A stretch of DNA of 63,957 bases, filler included, from Phoronis australis (Eukaryota > Animalia > Phoronida): NCBI GenBank assembly GCA_002633005.1. It is 12 parts of 12 records of this genome, joined end to end, with 100 filler letters (N's around TTAATTAATTAA, not from the genome) between each part and the next. Parts side by side here need not be neighbours in the genome. Positions count along the whole stretch, not along the records: positions 1 to 12,779 come from NMRA01000637.1; 11 more parts are not named here. One strand, given 5' to 3'. Positions 1 through 12,664 of this stretch are shown here, in pieces. The translations under genes and the position numbers were made by a program. Every line of letters starts with the position of its first letter. The first letter of the stretch is position 1. The notes under the pieces were generated by a model, which saw nothing but the letters and a program-made list of their open reading frames with translations, did no database searches and was not told where the DNA came from.

Positions 1-77
1 GTCTCTATTGTAGTCTCTTTTGTCCCTCCCACACAACCGTCGCTCCACAGTCGACTTAACTGACCTTTCATTTGCAG

Positions 78-1905
78 ACACTTCATCGAACCCACCAGAA
101 ACCCAAGGCTTGGAACGTGTCTGGATCACCAAGTGGGTGGACTATACTAACAAATATGGCTTTGGCTACCAACTATCCAATCGCACCGTCGGGGTACTCT
201 TCAACGACACTTCTCGCATCAGTCTTTGTCCAGACAGAAGGTAAGAAACGCAGTAGATTAAAGAGAGCGACAAGCGACAAGTAATGTTTTAAGATTCATT
301 CTTACAGCAGGCAATACTACACGCAACAAGTTGACTACATTACAAGCAACACAATCTGTGTGTTTACTTGTTCATGACTTCATCAAACGGACCATTACAC
401 CATGAGACAGAGTGTAGCTCAAACGCGATCCCACGCGCGACGCCGCGCTTTTGAATTAAAAGGTTGCATGCAATGTTAACACGTTTATCAAAGCCGCAGG
501 AAACCGGCTTTCCATTGCAAAACCAACTATTGATCTTGACTAGTTACCGTTATGAAATTAGTGTTGAATTGTGTCTTAGTCAACTTTGAGGTGGTTTCAG
601 GGCTTCCAAACGAACTGGCACTAGAGGTCATTAGTGATTGAGAACAGGTTTTACAAGTTACCTTAATTGTCCCGGTGTCATTTTATGCACTGAGCTTAGT
701 ATTCAGTTATAACGAAATGACATCTGTATGCAAACCCACCTGTGTGAGGAACAAGTCGAGACTAATTTTATAGTCATGGTACTTGGTCTAAATCAAAATG
801 TTTCTTGGACGGAACGCGCTTGGAAAAATTGAATGAAATGAATGTTGAGGATAGCAAAATTCTAAGACACGGTCATCTGTGTTGGTAAAACGTACATCTC
901 ATTTGTTCCGTAATACTTCAGGACTGTTGTCTTCTGTGACGTCACCGGCCCTGCATCCGTCTTTTCGACCGAAGCGGTGCCAGTGGAGTTGGAGAGCAAG
1001 TCGACACTGCTGCTGTACTTCGCTAACTATATGGATGAACACCTAATTAAGGTACGAATTCAAGTTAAAACGGAGAAATAGCTAACGTCGGTGTGATGGT
1101 TAAATTGATTAGACCCGTGGATACGCACGTGCGCTGACGGATTCGACAAATCTACTGAATTCTTACATTATTGCAGGGCGGGGACCTTGCGAGTTTCAAC
1201 AGAGAGTACAAGACAAGCGACCACGACGCTGTCTACATGAAGAAGTGGTTCCGCACGAGCCGAGCGATCGTCATGTACCTCAGCAACGGCACATTGCAGG
1301 TTAGTTGTTTCACGCACTCACTCCTCAACAGTTGATGTTAATGGAGACATAATGGGTGGCGACTAGAAACTGGCTTACATTTGATGAAACGGGCACCACT
1401 CGAAGTTAGAGAAGATATCTACCGAGACAAGTTTATCACTTTGTATGATTGCACTAATCTCTGAGCCTAATGTGGTTGTTCCTACGCAGTTTCTACACTG
1501 GAAAATTAATTTCTGTCTGAATTTTTTTTGAGTTGGGGGGGGGGGGGCNAGGCATAAGTCACATTCGCACTTCCCTACTGCCAAATGGAATCTGGTAGAA
1601 TTTTAGGGGGGGGCAAAGCCCCCTTCAAAATCCGCAACTGAATTGGCTGAAGTACATTAAATAATAATGCCTTACTTTGAATGTATTTACAGGTGAACTT
1701 TTTTGACGATCACACCAAGATAATACTGGGAGGAGACAATTGTCATGGATACCTCGTGACCTACATAAACGAACAACGCACGTCATGCACGTACCGACTA
1801 AATGATCTCAAGCGACATGGGTGCAATCACGTGATCAGAGAAAGACTGAACTACGTCCGACACATGTTGTACAATCTTATCGACATTGAAGGAGACAGCG
1901 TTTAG
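78..1905 (+). CDS. PLK: Polo-like kinase, C-terminal polo-box domain (last 4 exons: 78-240, 922-1051, 1177-1299, 1693-1905); kinase domain lies upstream of the window
   Basis: All introns are GT-AG and the spliced frame is open: [29 protein letters not shown] (PB1) ... [16 protein letters not shown] ... [20 protein letters not shown]|[12 protein letters not shown] (PB2, with the phosphopeptide-binding H-x-K) ... IEGDSV*. Confidence 0.95.
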
Positions 1906-3192
1906 CGACTGCCCGCTTCATGGACAATACTCATTAATACTAGACGCCTTAAGTGCTGATTTGTGCAGCTTTAGAAAGCTTTGACTGTGTAATAAAATAC
2001 ATGACGTAGTTGGGTTCACCTTTGTGCAGCCGTGACGTTATCAGTAGAAACATCTTGACAACTTTGGACAAGCCACTGCATTGCATGCAAAAGTGTTCAA
2101 AATCAATGTTATTTGAGTTGCAATAACGTTTTCGAGAAGCAATGTCTTGACAACCACTGTTGCCAAGCAACAAGTTATTGCATAATAAGCTCAAGAGTGC
2201 ATAACGTTATTTTTAGATGCAGTAACTTCCTGAGTAGATTTTGACATTTGTTGCACCATGTGCTCAATACTTATTTCGAGATGCAACAACTTTGTCTTCT
2301 ACAGAAATGTCATCGAAACTAGTACCAAACTACAGTGAATTAAAAACCAACTGCATCTTATGCTCAAGAACTCGATAACATTATTTCGATATGCAGTGAC
2401 TTCTTCCTGTAGAAATGTCTCGACATCTACGATAACAAATAAAGAACGTCACTGCATCATAATATGTACTAATGGCAAGCCTCATGTTACTGTATCACCT
2501 GGATAAGAATTCAGTTAGATTATTTCGCGATGCATTAACTTCCACGCTTGCAAACCGTTATCAGTTTTGAAACGGAGAGGAGCTGAAGTAGTTGTCAGGT
2601 TTTTGTGAATTTGTAGTACAGCACAAATCCTGCGATTGCTGCGCAAGGTACTAAGCTGAACAAACACTAGTGAGTTAGGTATTGATGCGACAATGTCACT
2701 GACAGAGCTAAACATTAACTAGATATTTGAGTGTTATGTAGACGTTTGTGAAGTACACGTAGACTTTAGTTTAGTTTCCAATCGTGCAGATCAGCAGAGA
2801 GAACTGGACTAGTTTAAGCAACATAGTGTATTTGCTACTATGTCCAGGTGGACTGTAGTGTTGTCAAGTTTCTGACATCACTGGTATGACTCATGGTGTG
2901 CGGCAGACATTACAGAAAGACTTTTGCCCCAGTCTGTAGTTCTACTAATAAGTTTGATAGATTTTCTTAGTTTAATTGCGCTTTGTTTATGCAAAGGTAT
3001 TCTAGGTATAGATTAGCACGGTGTTCTGGGTTATTTTGCACTTGTTTCATAAACTTACTTGTTCAATGCATCAAACGTTATTCACACACTTGTGAATAAT
3101 TATAAGTTATGATATTGTTATCGTTGACATATTTGAGTTTCGTTATGGATATGCGAGGATGCATTATATGATGCGTAACATTTGTGCTGAAA

Positions 3193-3198
3193 AATAAA
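3193..3198 (+). promoter_or_regulatory. Candidate polyadenylation signal of the PLK gene
   Basis: AATAAA ~1.3 kb after the stop codon, at the end of an AT-rich 3'UTR; an earlier AATAAA also exists at ~1991. Confidence 0.45.
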
Positions 3199-3237
3199 AT
3201 GAGAAATGCATCTGTGAGATATTCATTCTTTGAGAGA

Positions 3238-3243
3238 TTTATT
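3238..3243 (-). promoter_or_regulatory. Candidate polyadenylation signal of the C19orf44-like gene
   Basis: TTTATT on + (AATAAA on -), ~680 nt downstream of the stop at 3924. Confidence 0.5.
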
Positions 3244-3923
3244 GCACAATGTCACTTTGAAGAAGATATTCAGACAAGCTTCTTAGTAACAGTTTCAAGA
3301 TTTCAAAATATTCAGTGTTCAGTGATCTAAAAGCCATGAACCACATTCTGCCTATTTGCTCTTCAATGTATGGCCAACATCACTACAAGTTCATGGACAT
3401 GGTCTCCAGCCATAACGACCTGTCAACTCTTCCTCAGCAGTTCATGGGAGTCGTCTGAAGCCGTAAGGAACTGTGCTCTCATCTCTAGCTGTTCATGGGC
3501 GTGGTCTCAAGCCATACGGACCTGTCAACTCTAGCCGCATCCATACATGTAGGAGCATTATCCCTTAGCAACTTCCACAAGAGCATCTGAAAATTGGTCC
3601 ACTTTATCAAATTACTGGTTCAAATTTTATCCATTAAAAACATGTTGCCTTTCATGCAAACACAATACATGTCGTGTAAGATTCAATGTTCAGTTGTTAG
3701 TAAAACTATATCATTCAATAACCTGGTACTTCTGAAGTCAAGAACATCCTAGGACACGGAATTTGCAATCAAAATCTAATTTATCATAATTTTCTGTGAT
3801 TTCATCAAAACAAGAGTGGTAGTAAAGACGGCACCAACCTGAGATCTTCAACAGAATGTCCTAAAGTATCCAGCTCACTGTACGAGCGCAGCACACACCG
3901 TCAGATACACGAACACACACAGG

Positions 3924-6900
3924 TCATAAACCCATCTCTTCCTTAACTTGTTTCAACGCCTGCTTGAATGTCAAGCGCGGTTTCTGTTTCCGCTTGATAT
4001 ACTGAAAAAGACCAATGTAAGCAAACACTTTCTTCCCAACTTTCTGTCTACAACAGAATGATGCAAACCACATTCTGGTATAAAAACTATAATTGCCCTT
4101 CTACAGTAATGTCATCGCGCCCTCATCATCCTGAATTGAAACTGTTTCCATCAACTCATCCAGAACACCCCCGACAGTAAGACTGATGAAACTAATCTGA
4201 AGGAACAACCAACAGGCAGTTCATTTCAAGCCTAGAAGACATTGACTGGGTAAGGAACAAGATCAGATGAATGTTAAACATGAAGCACTCCGAATCAAAA
4301 CTTAATTTTTTGACAAAAGGAGCAGATATATTACCCTATTATAACACAAAATAAAAAATACGAATATCAAACTCACCTTAAAAAACGTAATGCTGCTACA
4401 GATAAATTTTTCTGCAAGCTTAAGTTACCAAGAGAATACCTTGGATAGGGTACATGTAACTGTTTACCTTGGGGGAAAGGGGCCAGTTCAAATGAGATTT
4501 TTCTAGTGACTGAAAAGTCTGACCCACAACACTGGCCCCAAGACACAATCAGTTCCATTCCTTGCTCTTGTCAGATGTGCAACACACTACTGCTTGAATG
4601 CACTTGATATTTCATGCTTTAAAACTGCTGCAAACCCACTTTTTGACATGAAACTAACTTTTACACATTAAACAATAATTGCAGGCGATCTGGTATGTGC
4701 TGTAATAGATGCAGGCAGGCTGTTCAGGTGGACCTATAGCATCCATCACCTGGAGCCATTTTTACGCGTTACTAATATATAGTTAAAACCGAGCTTAGGA
4801 GGTAGACTTGATTCAAGGGTCTAGCAGTGTACCACATGGGGAGTTGAACCCATGATCTTGAGTAAAGGAAGCAAACATTTATCCCAGTAAGCCAGACTGT
4901 CTCTTCAAACTAACTTTTGCTTTTGACCTACTTGACACGAAGAATTGGTCTCAAATTGCAACTTAGAAAAACGGTTAAAAGGAATTGACATGTCATTCCT
5001 GCAGAATCAGCGCAGAAATGAACCCAAAAATTTGCGCGACCAGTTTTTTTTTTGAAAACTTACCTGTTTTGTATCTTCTAGAGTAGTGTACACATAATTT
5101 GGCTGAATAGACTCCATGGCTGACTGGTAGGAACTCTGTTGGATATCCATGAAGTTCCTCGTTAAGTTGAGTTGTTGTCTCAACATGTCGTTGAGGGCCA
5201 GAATGGCAGGACTGTATGCAGTCATGGCTGAAGCAATGTCAAGAAAGTATACCAAGACCTTGCAGCAGTCTCAGTGGATGTAGCTTGCACGCACCCAGCC
5301 CAAAAATGGGGGGGTGGGTCGAATTTTCGAGAATGCAGACTTACTAAAAAATAATTTGAACCTTTGTTCAGAGCTACAGCATGAATTTTGCATTCACCGA
5401 ATTTTGGTGGTTCCTGCCTTTTTAGCGGACTTTTGTCTCATTTTCTACTTTTTTAGACTTTTCGTTTCTCTGATGAGGATCTTTTTGCCCATTTCGCCAA
5501 CTTTAACAAGCCCCCCCTGGATGCGCACATGTGTAGGCATTAGCATTTCGCATGCAACACAGACAATCCATTGAAAAAGGAACAACGAAGGAAATAGGTT
5601 GATGCCACTACCTTTACTAAGCACTTCGCAATGTTACAACGATGTTGATTGCCATAAAATCTACAGGAAAAATTTTCCATTTCACAGAAAACAAAATAGC
5701 TCTTTTCTCATTTTTCAAAGTCCTCCAAGGTCGCTGCAAAAGCCCAAAATTTTGTCAAGAAAGATGGGACATAGCTATGACGATTGTAGACACGCTACTG
5801 CAAATGTGTCACTGTAACAAAATGCTAGAAATGAAGCATGCGCACACCCGGGGGGGGGGGGTTCGGAGGGCTCGAATGAGCCCCCCCATTTGACTAAATC
5901 GACAAAAAGGCCCACCTCAGAAAAGCAAAAAGTCTGCAGAAATGAGACATAAGTCCAGAGGAATTTGGTGCGAACACACTATTCATGGGACTGAATGTGG
6001 AACCTTGTTTTCTTTAGTCTCTACTTTTTCAACATTAGGTCCACATACTGCATAATTTGAGCCTCCCCTTATTTTAGGCTGGGTGCGCGCATGTGAAGTT
6101 TTGAAACATTTTTCATATTCAGGCTTAGTGTGCATTCATTGGTCATGTAAATGAACAGTTTGCAAATTAAAATCAGCCATTTTAGCCAAAACCAGACTGA
6201 TGTTTGATACAATGCCAACCAAAAGACCCGAATACAATACAACTTTGTCAATGAAAAAGTCACATATTATGCAGTCCACTCCTCCAAAACGTAGATGACT
6301 TGAAATTTCCTGGTCACGTTACTTATTAACACTGATGCACCATCCCACAACTAACACTCAGGGTCATACCTTCCAAAGCGTCAGCACTGACCACATGTGA
6401 AGCTATAGGGGAGGGGTCAACATAAGCTCCGCCCACTTGACCTCCCGCCACAGCGTGGCCACTGAAGGCAGAGTTCCATGCGTATGTCAAACCAGCTGGA
6501 TCTATGGTCTGCACCTCAACTGACTTGGAAGGAACATCTCCCTTGTTGTTGGAGTCGTGCTTGGGAGGTCTGGAAAATGTTTATTTGAATCCTTACTAAA
6601 CCAGCCCAATGATTAGGAGCAGCAGGTACCTGCACTCCAATGAAGCCTGCAGAGAACAAAACATGCACAAAACTTCTCATGTCTGAGCTGCTTCACTTAC
6701 ACAATGCTTCATTCCAACAAAAACCATGGGACCACCATCACTTACCTGACTTTTCAGTTTACTTATGGTAAAATCTAAACAACTTCGGACAAATATATTA
6801 ACCAAACCCGCTTTTTCTCATCTTTCAAGGTCTTCTTACACTACCGTGAGCGCTCAGATTTAAAATATTTGCGGATACATCATAGGAAAGTTAATACTGT

Positions 6901-9900
6901 ATTATTTATTTATTTATTTATTATAATGACATAAGGGTGCCAGTAAATACAATCTCAAGGACAATATTCATCACACCCCCAGCCTCAATGGGCTTACTCC
7001 GTCACCTAATAATAATTAAACCATTACATAACATATTGCACACGCTCAAATATGACCACTTCATACTAGTTTATAAACAAATACTTACTTATAAGCTGCA
7101 AAGCGTCTTGAATGAATTTCGCTAGACCTTTCAAGTTACTTTGGAATATTTGAGGTAGGGCAGAATCCCGTATAAAGTATGGTCGATTGTGAGTATATGT
7201 TTCACAGCAAATCAATAATTTTGTTCCATATGTCTCATATAAAAAAATAAGAAAATAAAATTGAGGCTGTTGGCCACATTGTGTTCTAAATCCGTCACAT
7301 TTTACAGTTGGATGACATCACTTTCATTTATGTTTGAGCTTGCCTTATTTCATTACTGATTTTTAGTTTTTTTTTAAAAAATGGCGGCTGCTGAGAGAAT
7401 ACCCATAATGCATGAGTCAGGTGTCACTCACCACAGCGGCCACTTGAGATGGTAGAGTGCACGACCAATAATAAAAATTAACTAAAAAATTCTGTAAATA
7501 CGATTAAATTTGAAAATATTTGGAGTTGTGTTGAATGAGCAATACTTGAGCTTAAGTTACCACTGAACCAGCTTGCAATAAAATCAGTTTAGCAGATGAA
7601 GTTTCTATTTATAATAAAATGAAACAGGAAAGTATCTATAATACTTACTTCACATGAGAGCTTGCACTGGTCCGTGACGACTGTGAGTAGCTGGAGGCAG
7701 ATCTACTCTTCACTGACGACTTACTGACTGTAGACGACCTGGACACAGTAGAGCTATCTAGACTGTATGACTTTGTCAACAGGCTGGCAGTGTTATGAAG
7801 GGTGGCAACAGTTTGACGCGTGTCTGTCCTCGTTTTACTAGAAGTCCTTGACTCCACCGTGGACGATGGAGCTGAACGAACACTGTCCTTCTCAGACAGG
7901 TCGCTGTCAAAGTCGTCACTGTAGTGACTTTTGATTGGACTGGCCGTTTTCACCTCCGACACCGAAGAGATCGTATTCACAGACTCCGGTCTAGAATGGT
8001 TGCTCGGCTCCGACTCGAAGTCACTGGCGTATCTGTCTTGAACAGGGCTTGGCATGCCTTCACTAACATCTGCTGATTGGCCAGCTTCACTGACCGCCTC
8101 AAGATCATCAAGAGTGGAAAGACCCAGCTTGTTGAATAGCCCTGCTGGCGACGGTTTCTGTCGGGGTGCACGTTGGACTGGTTCTTCAAGATCATCAAGA
8201 GTGGACAGCCCAAACTGACCTAAAGAACAGTGATTGAGTTCATTACCTAAATGACAAATACCGGGTACCACAACACAACTGTAATCAGACCTGATTATTA
8301 GGAATAATAAAGGTATTGATTAGGTAAAAGACAAGTTTTTTCTGCATCTTACTTTGTATTCAGTCCACTGTATTATGTATTCAGTCCACTGTATTTTGTA
8401 TTCAGTCCATTGTAGTTTGTATTCAGTCCATTGTAATTTGTATTCAGTCCATTGTATTTTGAATTCAGTCCATTGTATTTTGTATTCATTTTGTTTTTGT
8501 ATTCACTAAATCGTATTTTGTATTCACTGCACTATACTGATCCACATCATGCAATAATTGTCAACATTTCTAAAGACATGCAAAGTTTTTTAGGGGAAAA
8601 CAGTTAACAGGCTAGTGTATGCCTCAAAATGTTTATAACAAGAGCAATGCAGAGCGTTAACACGTGTCCACCATGTGCATTCTAAATGGTACAGGTATAG
8701 AAGGAGCATGTTACACAGCCCTCCAAACGATGACAAGTCTATGAATCGTATAGGCAGATACAGTGGCAGATGCCAAAATAAACGACTGTGAAACCAGAAT
8801 ACTAGAACTGCCACTAAAGGTGTAGCAGCAATCAACTCTGTCCAAAATTTCTGGGTAGCATAGTGTCCTCAATATGAATCCATCATGCCAGATTTTATTG
8901 AAACCCAACAGTATAAACAAAAAGAACAACCAACAGGTGGCACAGCAGTAGTCAGATGTGCTGTCACATTCATGTTACACTCCTACCAAAGCTCATGTAG
9001 ACCATGCATGGAATAAGGAGGAAGTGGATGCTAGACGCCCGGACAGATACGATGGCAAGATACAACAACATAATGTGTGTACATAAGAATGTCAGCGAAA
9101 ACAATCAAAAAGAAGAAAATCCCCACCTATGGAGGACAGCCCACCAAAACATGCACTCAGTCTGCCGACTGCTATACAGTCTACCAGTGGCACTACAGGT
9201 TAAAACATGCATATCTTTTGGGAACAAATTAGGAATGAAATATCAAGTTGTATAAATAGTTAGCACATACCAAGAACGTTGTCCTTTGTGGTCTCATCGT
9301 CAGTTTCAACAACAGATGGCACCTCTGAAGCAGAGTGCAAATCTTTTGGTAGGGGGCGCTCCTCACTGACAGCTGATTTTAGTGAAGTGAGACTTAACAA
9401 TTGGTTACCTGCAAGAAAAGCATATAAATGTAATTTCACTGAACAGCCTACCTGAAACTGTAAACATGGCCACATCTTAACACTATTGGTAGTACAGTGA
9501 GATATCCATTTTGTGTAAAAACCTTCAAGTGAAAAGTAAGGTAACATTTAAATGAAATAGTCATTAAGCCTGCAGATGGCAGGGAACCAGAAGGTATATA
9601 TTGATGATCGTTTTGCAGAAGACATGTTGTAGTAGGTGTTCATTCTTTCTGAAGGTGGCGCTGTTCTAAAATCTCGGTTTTGAGAAGAAATAGATAAGAA
9701 GAAAATTGCCAAATTCATTTTTGTTATTTATCACTTTGAAATAATAAAACAGAATTTGATTCCTCTGATTTTGAAAACGGAAAACTGGGATCTCTCGGCA
9801 AGGTGCCGGTTTCAAGGAAGCCTTGATCATATGAATGGGGGGGCGGGGGTAGAGTCAAACATGAGTGGGTTAGTTCTGTGTCCGGTTTACGTAAAGTACC

Positions 9901-10538
9901 TACCCTTATAACTATCCACTGAAGTGAGCGACTGTGAAGGGCCACCCTCAGTTTCCTGGTACTCTTCACTTGACACCACGTTGTAGTTGGATCCAACGTC
10001 CTAAAAACAGCCTCATTTGATCATGACTGAGCTATCACATAGAAAATGATTGCACAAGGTTCATCAAACTCAGAGGTTTACTCTTCTTACACAAGGTGCC
10101 AATCCCTCTCATTCTCAGCCATGGCTTGTACTCATTTATACAGGCACTTGGAATGGAAGATTGCAGGTGACACGGCTGGCTCAAGAATACAACTACTATG
10201 ATAGGTTCATTATGAGATTGACCCCATGACCTTTCAACAAAGTTTGATTTACTTTGAACAACAATTGATGACGAGTACAATTAATAAAAAATAAAAAACA
10301 AAAATACAATGATCATGAAAAGCCACTCTGTTGACTTAGACTGTGATATGGGTTTAATTATGATGTGATCTCACCTTGTGATGGTTGACAGACACTGGTT
10401 GTGAGTTTGATATGATGGAAGCATCATGGCTGCCCTCATTTGGATCAGACGCCGCGACAGGGGACGGTGAGAGACCTTGCATAAACTGGGCTAGGTCTTC
10501 TTCATCTGTGTCCACTGTCAGCGCTTGGGCGGGCTTAA
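3924..10538 (-). CDS. C19orf44: C19orf44-like (DUF4614) protein, 5'-incomplete; exons 10375-10538, 9904-10000, 9271-9408, 7649-8219, 6370-6569, 5064-5227, 3924-4001
   Basis: All junctions are GT-AG and phase-compatible. The C-terminus YVDPSPIASHVVSADALE|AMTAYSPAILALNDMLRQQLNLTRNF...YTTLEDTKQ|YIKRKQKPRLTFKQALKQVKEEMGL* resembles the conserved DUF4614 C-terminus. The upstream part is Ser/Asp-rich low complexity, with YASDFE and YSDDFD motifs. Confidence 0.85.
4735..4901 (-). mobile_element. tRNA-derived SINE (intronic)
   Basis: The minus strand shows an A-box-like TGGCTTACTGG and B-box GGTTCAACTCC at tRNA spacing, followed by a non-tRNA body (GCTAGACCCTTGAATCAAGTC...). Confidence 0.55.
5837..6093. 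mobile_element. GC-rich MITE with TIRs and 5-bp TSD
   Basis: Ends are CATGCGCACACCC / GGGTGCGCGCATG; TGAAG is duplicated at 5832-5836 and 6094-6098. A related decayed element lies at ~5287-5531. Confidence 0.7.
8352..8530. repeat. Minisatellite, 21-bp unit (TGTATTCAGTCCATTGTATTT), ~8 copies
   Basis: Directly visible tandem array in an intron. Confidence 0.9.
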
Positions 10539-11339
10539 CTGGAGATAACAGATATTTACCATAGAGCAAATGCAGTTGAAAACCCTTTGTGTTTTAGGAT
10601 ATGCGCTCCACAGGACTTGTGTTGGAGGATATTCACTCCACAACACTTGTGTTCCAAACCCTTATCGTAACATTCTCGAGAATTAATAGGCCTATCATGT
10701 TTTACTAGGATTGTTTCTAAAATCTATTACAGGTCTACTTACACCAATCTTTAGCCTATTTACATTGGCATGGCGTCTTGGCTCGAGGTTGTAACAAATG
10801 GCCCATAGATTTGAAAAATGGTACAACATTACTACCTCATAGTGATTTTAGGAAGTCAGCTTTTTACAGGATAGAAACAAAAGCCCAAGAGACATGTGAG
10901 TCAAGAATACAGGAATCATGTTGATGATATATCTGATGTACAATTGTTCTTAGAGAATCTGTTTCTGTTTCGCAAGAAAAGTTATAGAAGAGGTCATCAC
11001 TTACAGAGCACGTTTTTTCCCAAAAAGATGACCAGTCTGAAATTGCCAGATATTTAAAATAAATATCTGTACAAGGACACAAATACAAACCGGAAGTTTT
11101 CTTTGGNGGGCCCCTGCCCCCTCCCCCTCAGTAAATCCGCCTATGATTTTGTACTTTTTCAAATTGTCACTTCTGTGGTCACAGGGGATTTGAACCGTTG
11201 GAGAAAAATTTTCAATCACAAAGTAGATTTTTCATAACGCTTAATCGTCGTGAGAGACCGTCCGGAGTTGGTATACGGTGCAACTCGGGACGGTCTGGGG
11301 TCTACAGAAAACCACAGTTCAACTGTGAGGGGCCGTCTA

Positions 11340-11517
11340 CATCAATGTGATAAACGAGAGTAGTTCTACTTTCCGGCTGCGTCAGCTGCAGGTATGCTTA
11401 TCTCTTTTATGATACACAATGTGTGACTGGGCAAAGCGTTTTCAAAATAATGTGGATAAATCAGTGGAGTGTGAGACCCCTGAGGTCCCTGTCAAGGCAC
11501 GGCAATTTTACGTTATG
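11340..11517 (+). repeat. Dispersed repeat, copy 1 (copy 2 at ~20425-20598)
   Basis: Shared GTGATAAACGAGAGTAGTTCT...TTATCTCTTTTATGA...CAGTGGAGTGTGAGACCCCTGAGG. Confidence 0.8.
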
Positions 11518-11897
11518 TAGGCCTCGTGGCCGGGAATTTCGCGTGATTTTTCAATATTTTTGAGAGGGAATAGGGCCGATATTTAGCCACAAAATTGAGG
11601 GATTGAGGGCCCTGTCCTTTTTGTAAAAAAATGCATCGCACTTCAACCCATAGTCATAAAAACACAGCCTGGCTGGCCGAGGATTCTCCGGTCCTCGTTA
11701 ATTGCTATGGCGGTATCCAGTCCGAAATGCAACAAATTACGATATGAAAACAGTTATAAATTTTACACGGACATATTTTCCTTCGTCGCGGCTTATGGCA
11801 AGGACACAACGCTTCCGAATCCACAACGTCCTTAGGGATTGTAATACAGAATGTTCGTATTTTTTCTAGTTGTTCGAGCAACGCGTAGTTGTACTCT

Positions 11898-11968
11898 AAG
11901 CTAGCAGAGCTATCGTAGCGAGCCTCATTTTGGAACGCGCCTCCTGTCGGCGTGAATAGGGTCTATTG
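11898..11968. mobile_element. DNA-transposon terminal sequence (inverted copy at 12707-12776)
   Basis: Its reverse complement matches TAGACCCTATTCACGCCGACA.GAGGCGCGTTCCAAAA.GAGGCTCGCTACGATAGCTCTG.TAGCTT at 12707-12776. Confidence 0.7.
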
Positions 11969-12571
11969 CTGCAAATGTTGTACTCTAGGGAAGCTCGGGA
12001 CACTGGTGCAGTAGAGGTTTTACCTCTTTGCAACGCAATTTTAAAGTGAGACCGAACATGCCGAGAAGTCAGCTCATTTTCTCGGGATGGTTGAACTACC
12101 TGAGCAAGTCTTTCAGGCCCATACACAACAAGCTCAACGTTTTAAGATTAAGTTTTCCAATGAATCAAGGCATTTGTTTTCACTGTTTGATACCTTGGCT
12201 CGTGGCTTTTTGTCGTTGCAGACTATTGACTGGCTTCAATTCTTAATTGCCACTACACGGACCATAGGACAAGTAACCTGTCTGTAAATAACTAGTTATA
12301 GAAACGCGCAAGGCGGCAATGATACTCCCAGGAACAGCAGTTTGTCTACAGTTTGTATATAAAAACGTTTCCTGTTTTAGTTGCAAAGCAGAACCAAAAT
12401 ACTGTAGGCCTTGTAGTATCGACTACCGACCGCGCCCGCCGCGGGATGAACGAACATTAACGAGTTAGATTACATTATACATTTACAAACAGCAGTCCAG
12501 TTTATAGTACCTGAAGTTCCTGTAGCCTACGATTGTAAATTTTGGGCTGCAGGAAAAAAAACACGTCTTAC

Positions 12572-12664
12572 CTTGCAGCAACGGACAGTTCTTAAAATTA
12601 AATTCTTAAAAATTTCCAACACGATGTTGTCTGGGAGGCACAGCGCAGAAACTACGGTAGCCAT
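12572..12664 (-). pseudogene. F-box-like first exon, possibly frameshifted
   Basis: ATG in a CAAAATGGC context, then MATVVSALCLPDNIVLEIFKNL..., then a strong donor AAG|GTAAGA. A one-base shift gives ELSVAAR, which fits the F-box consensus. Confidence 0.45.

Noticed and set aside
4840-4901. tRNA gene
   Set aside because: A and B boxes are present but there is no acceptor stem or cloverleaf; treated as a SINE head.
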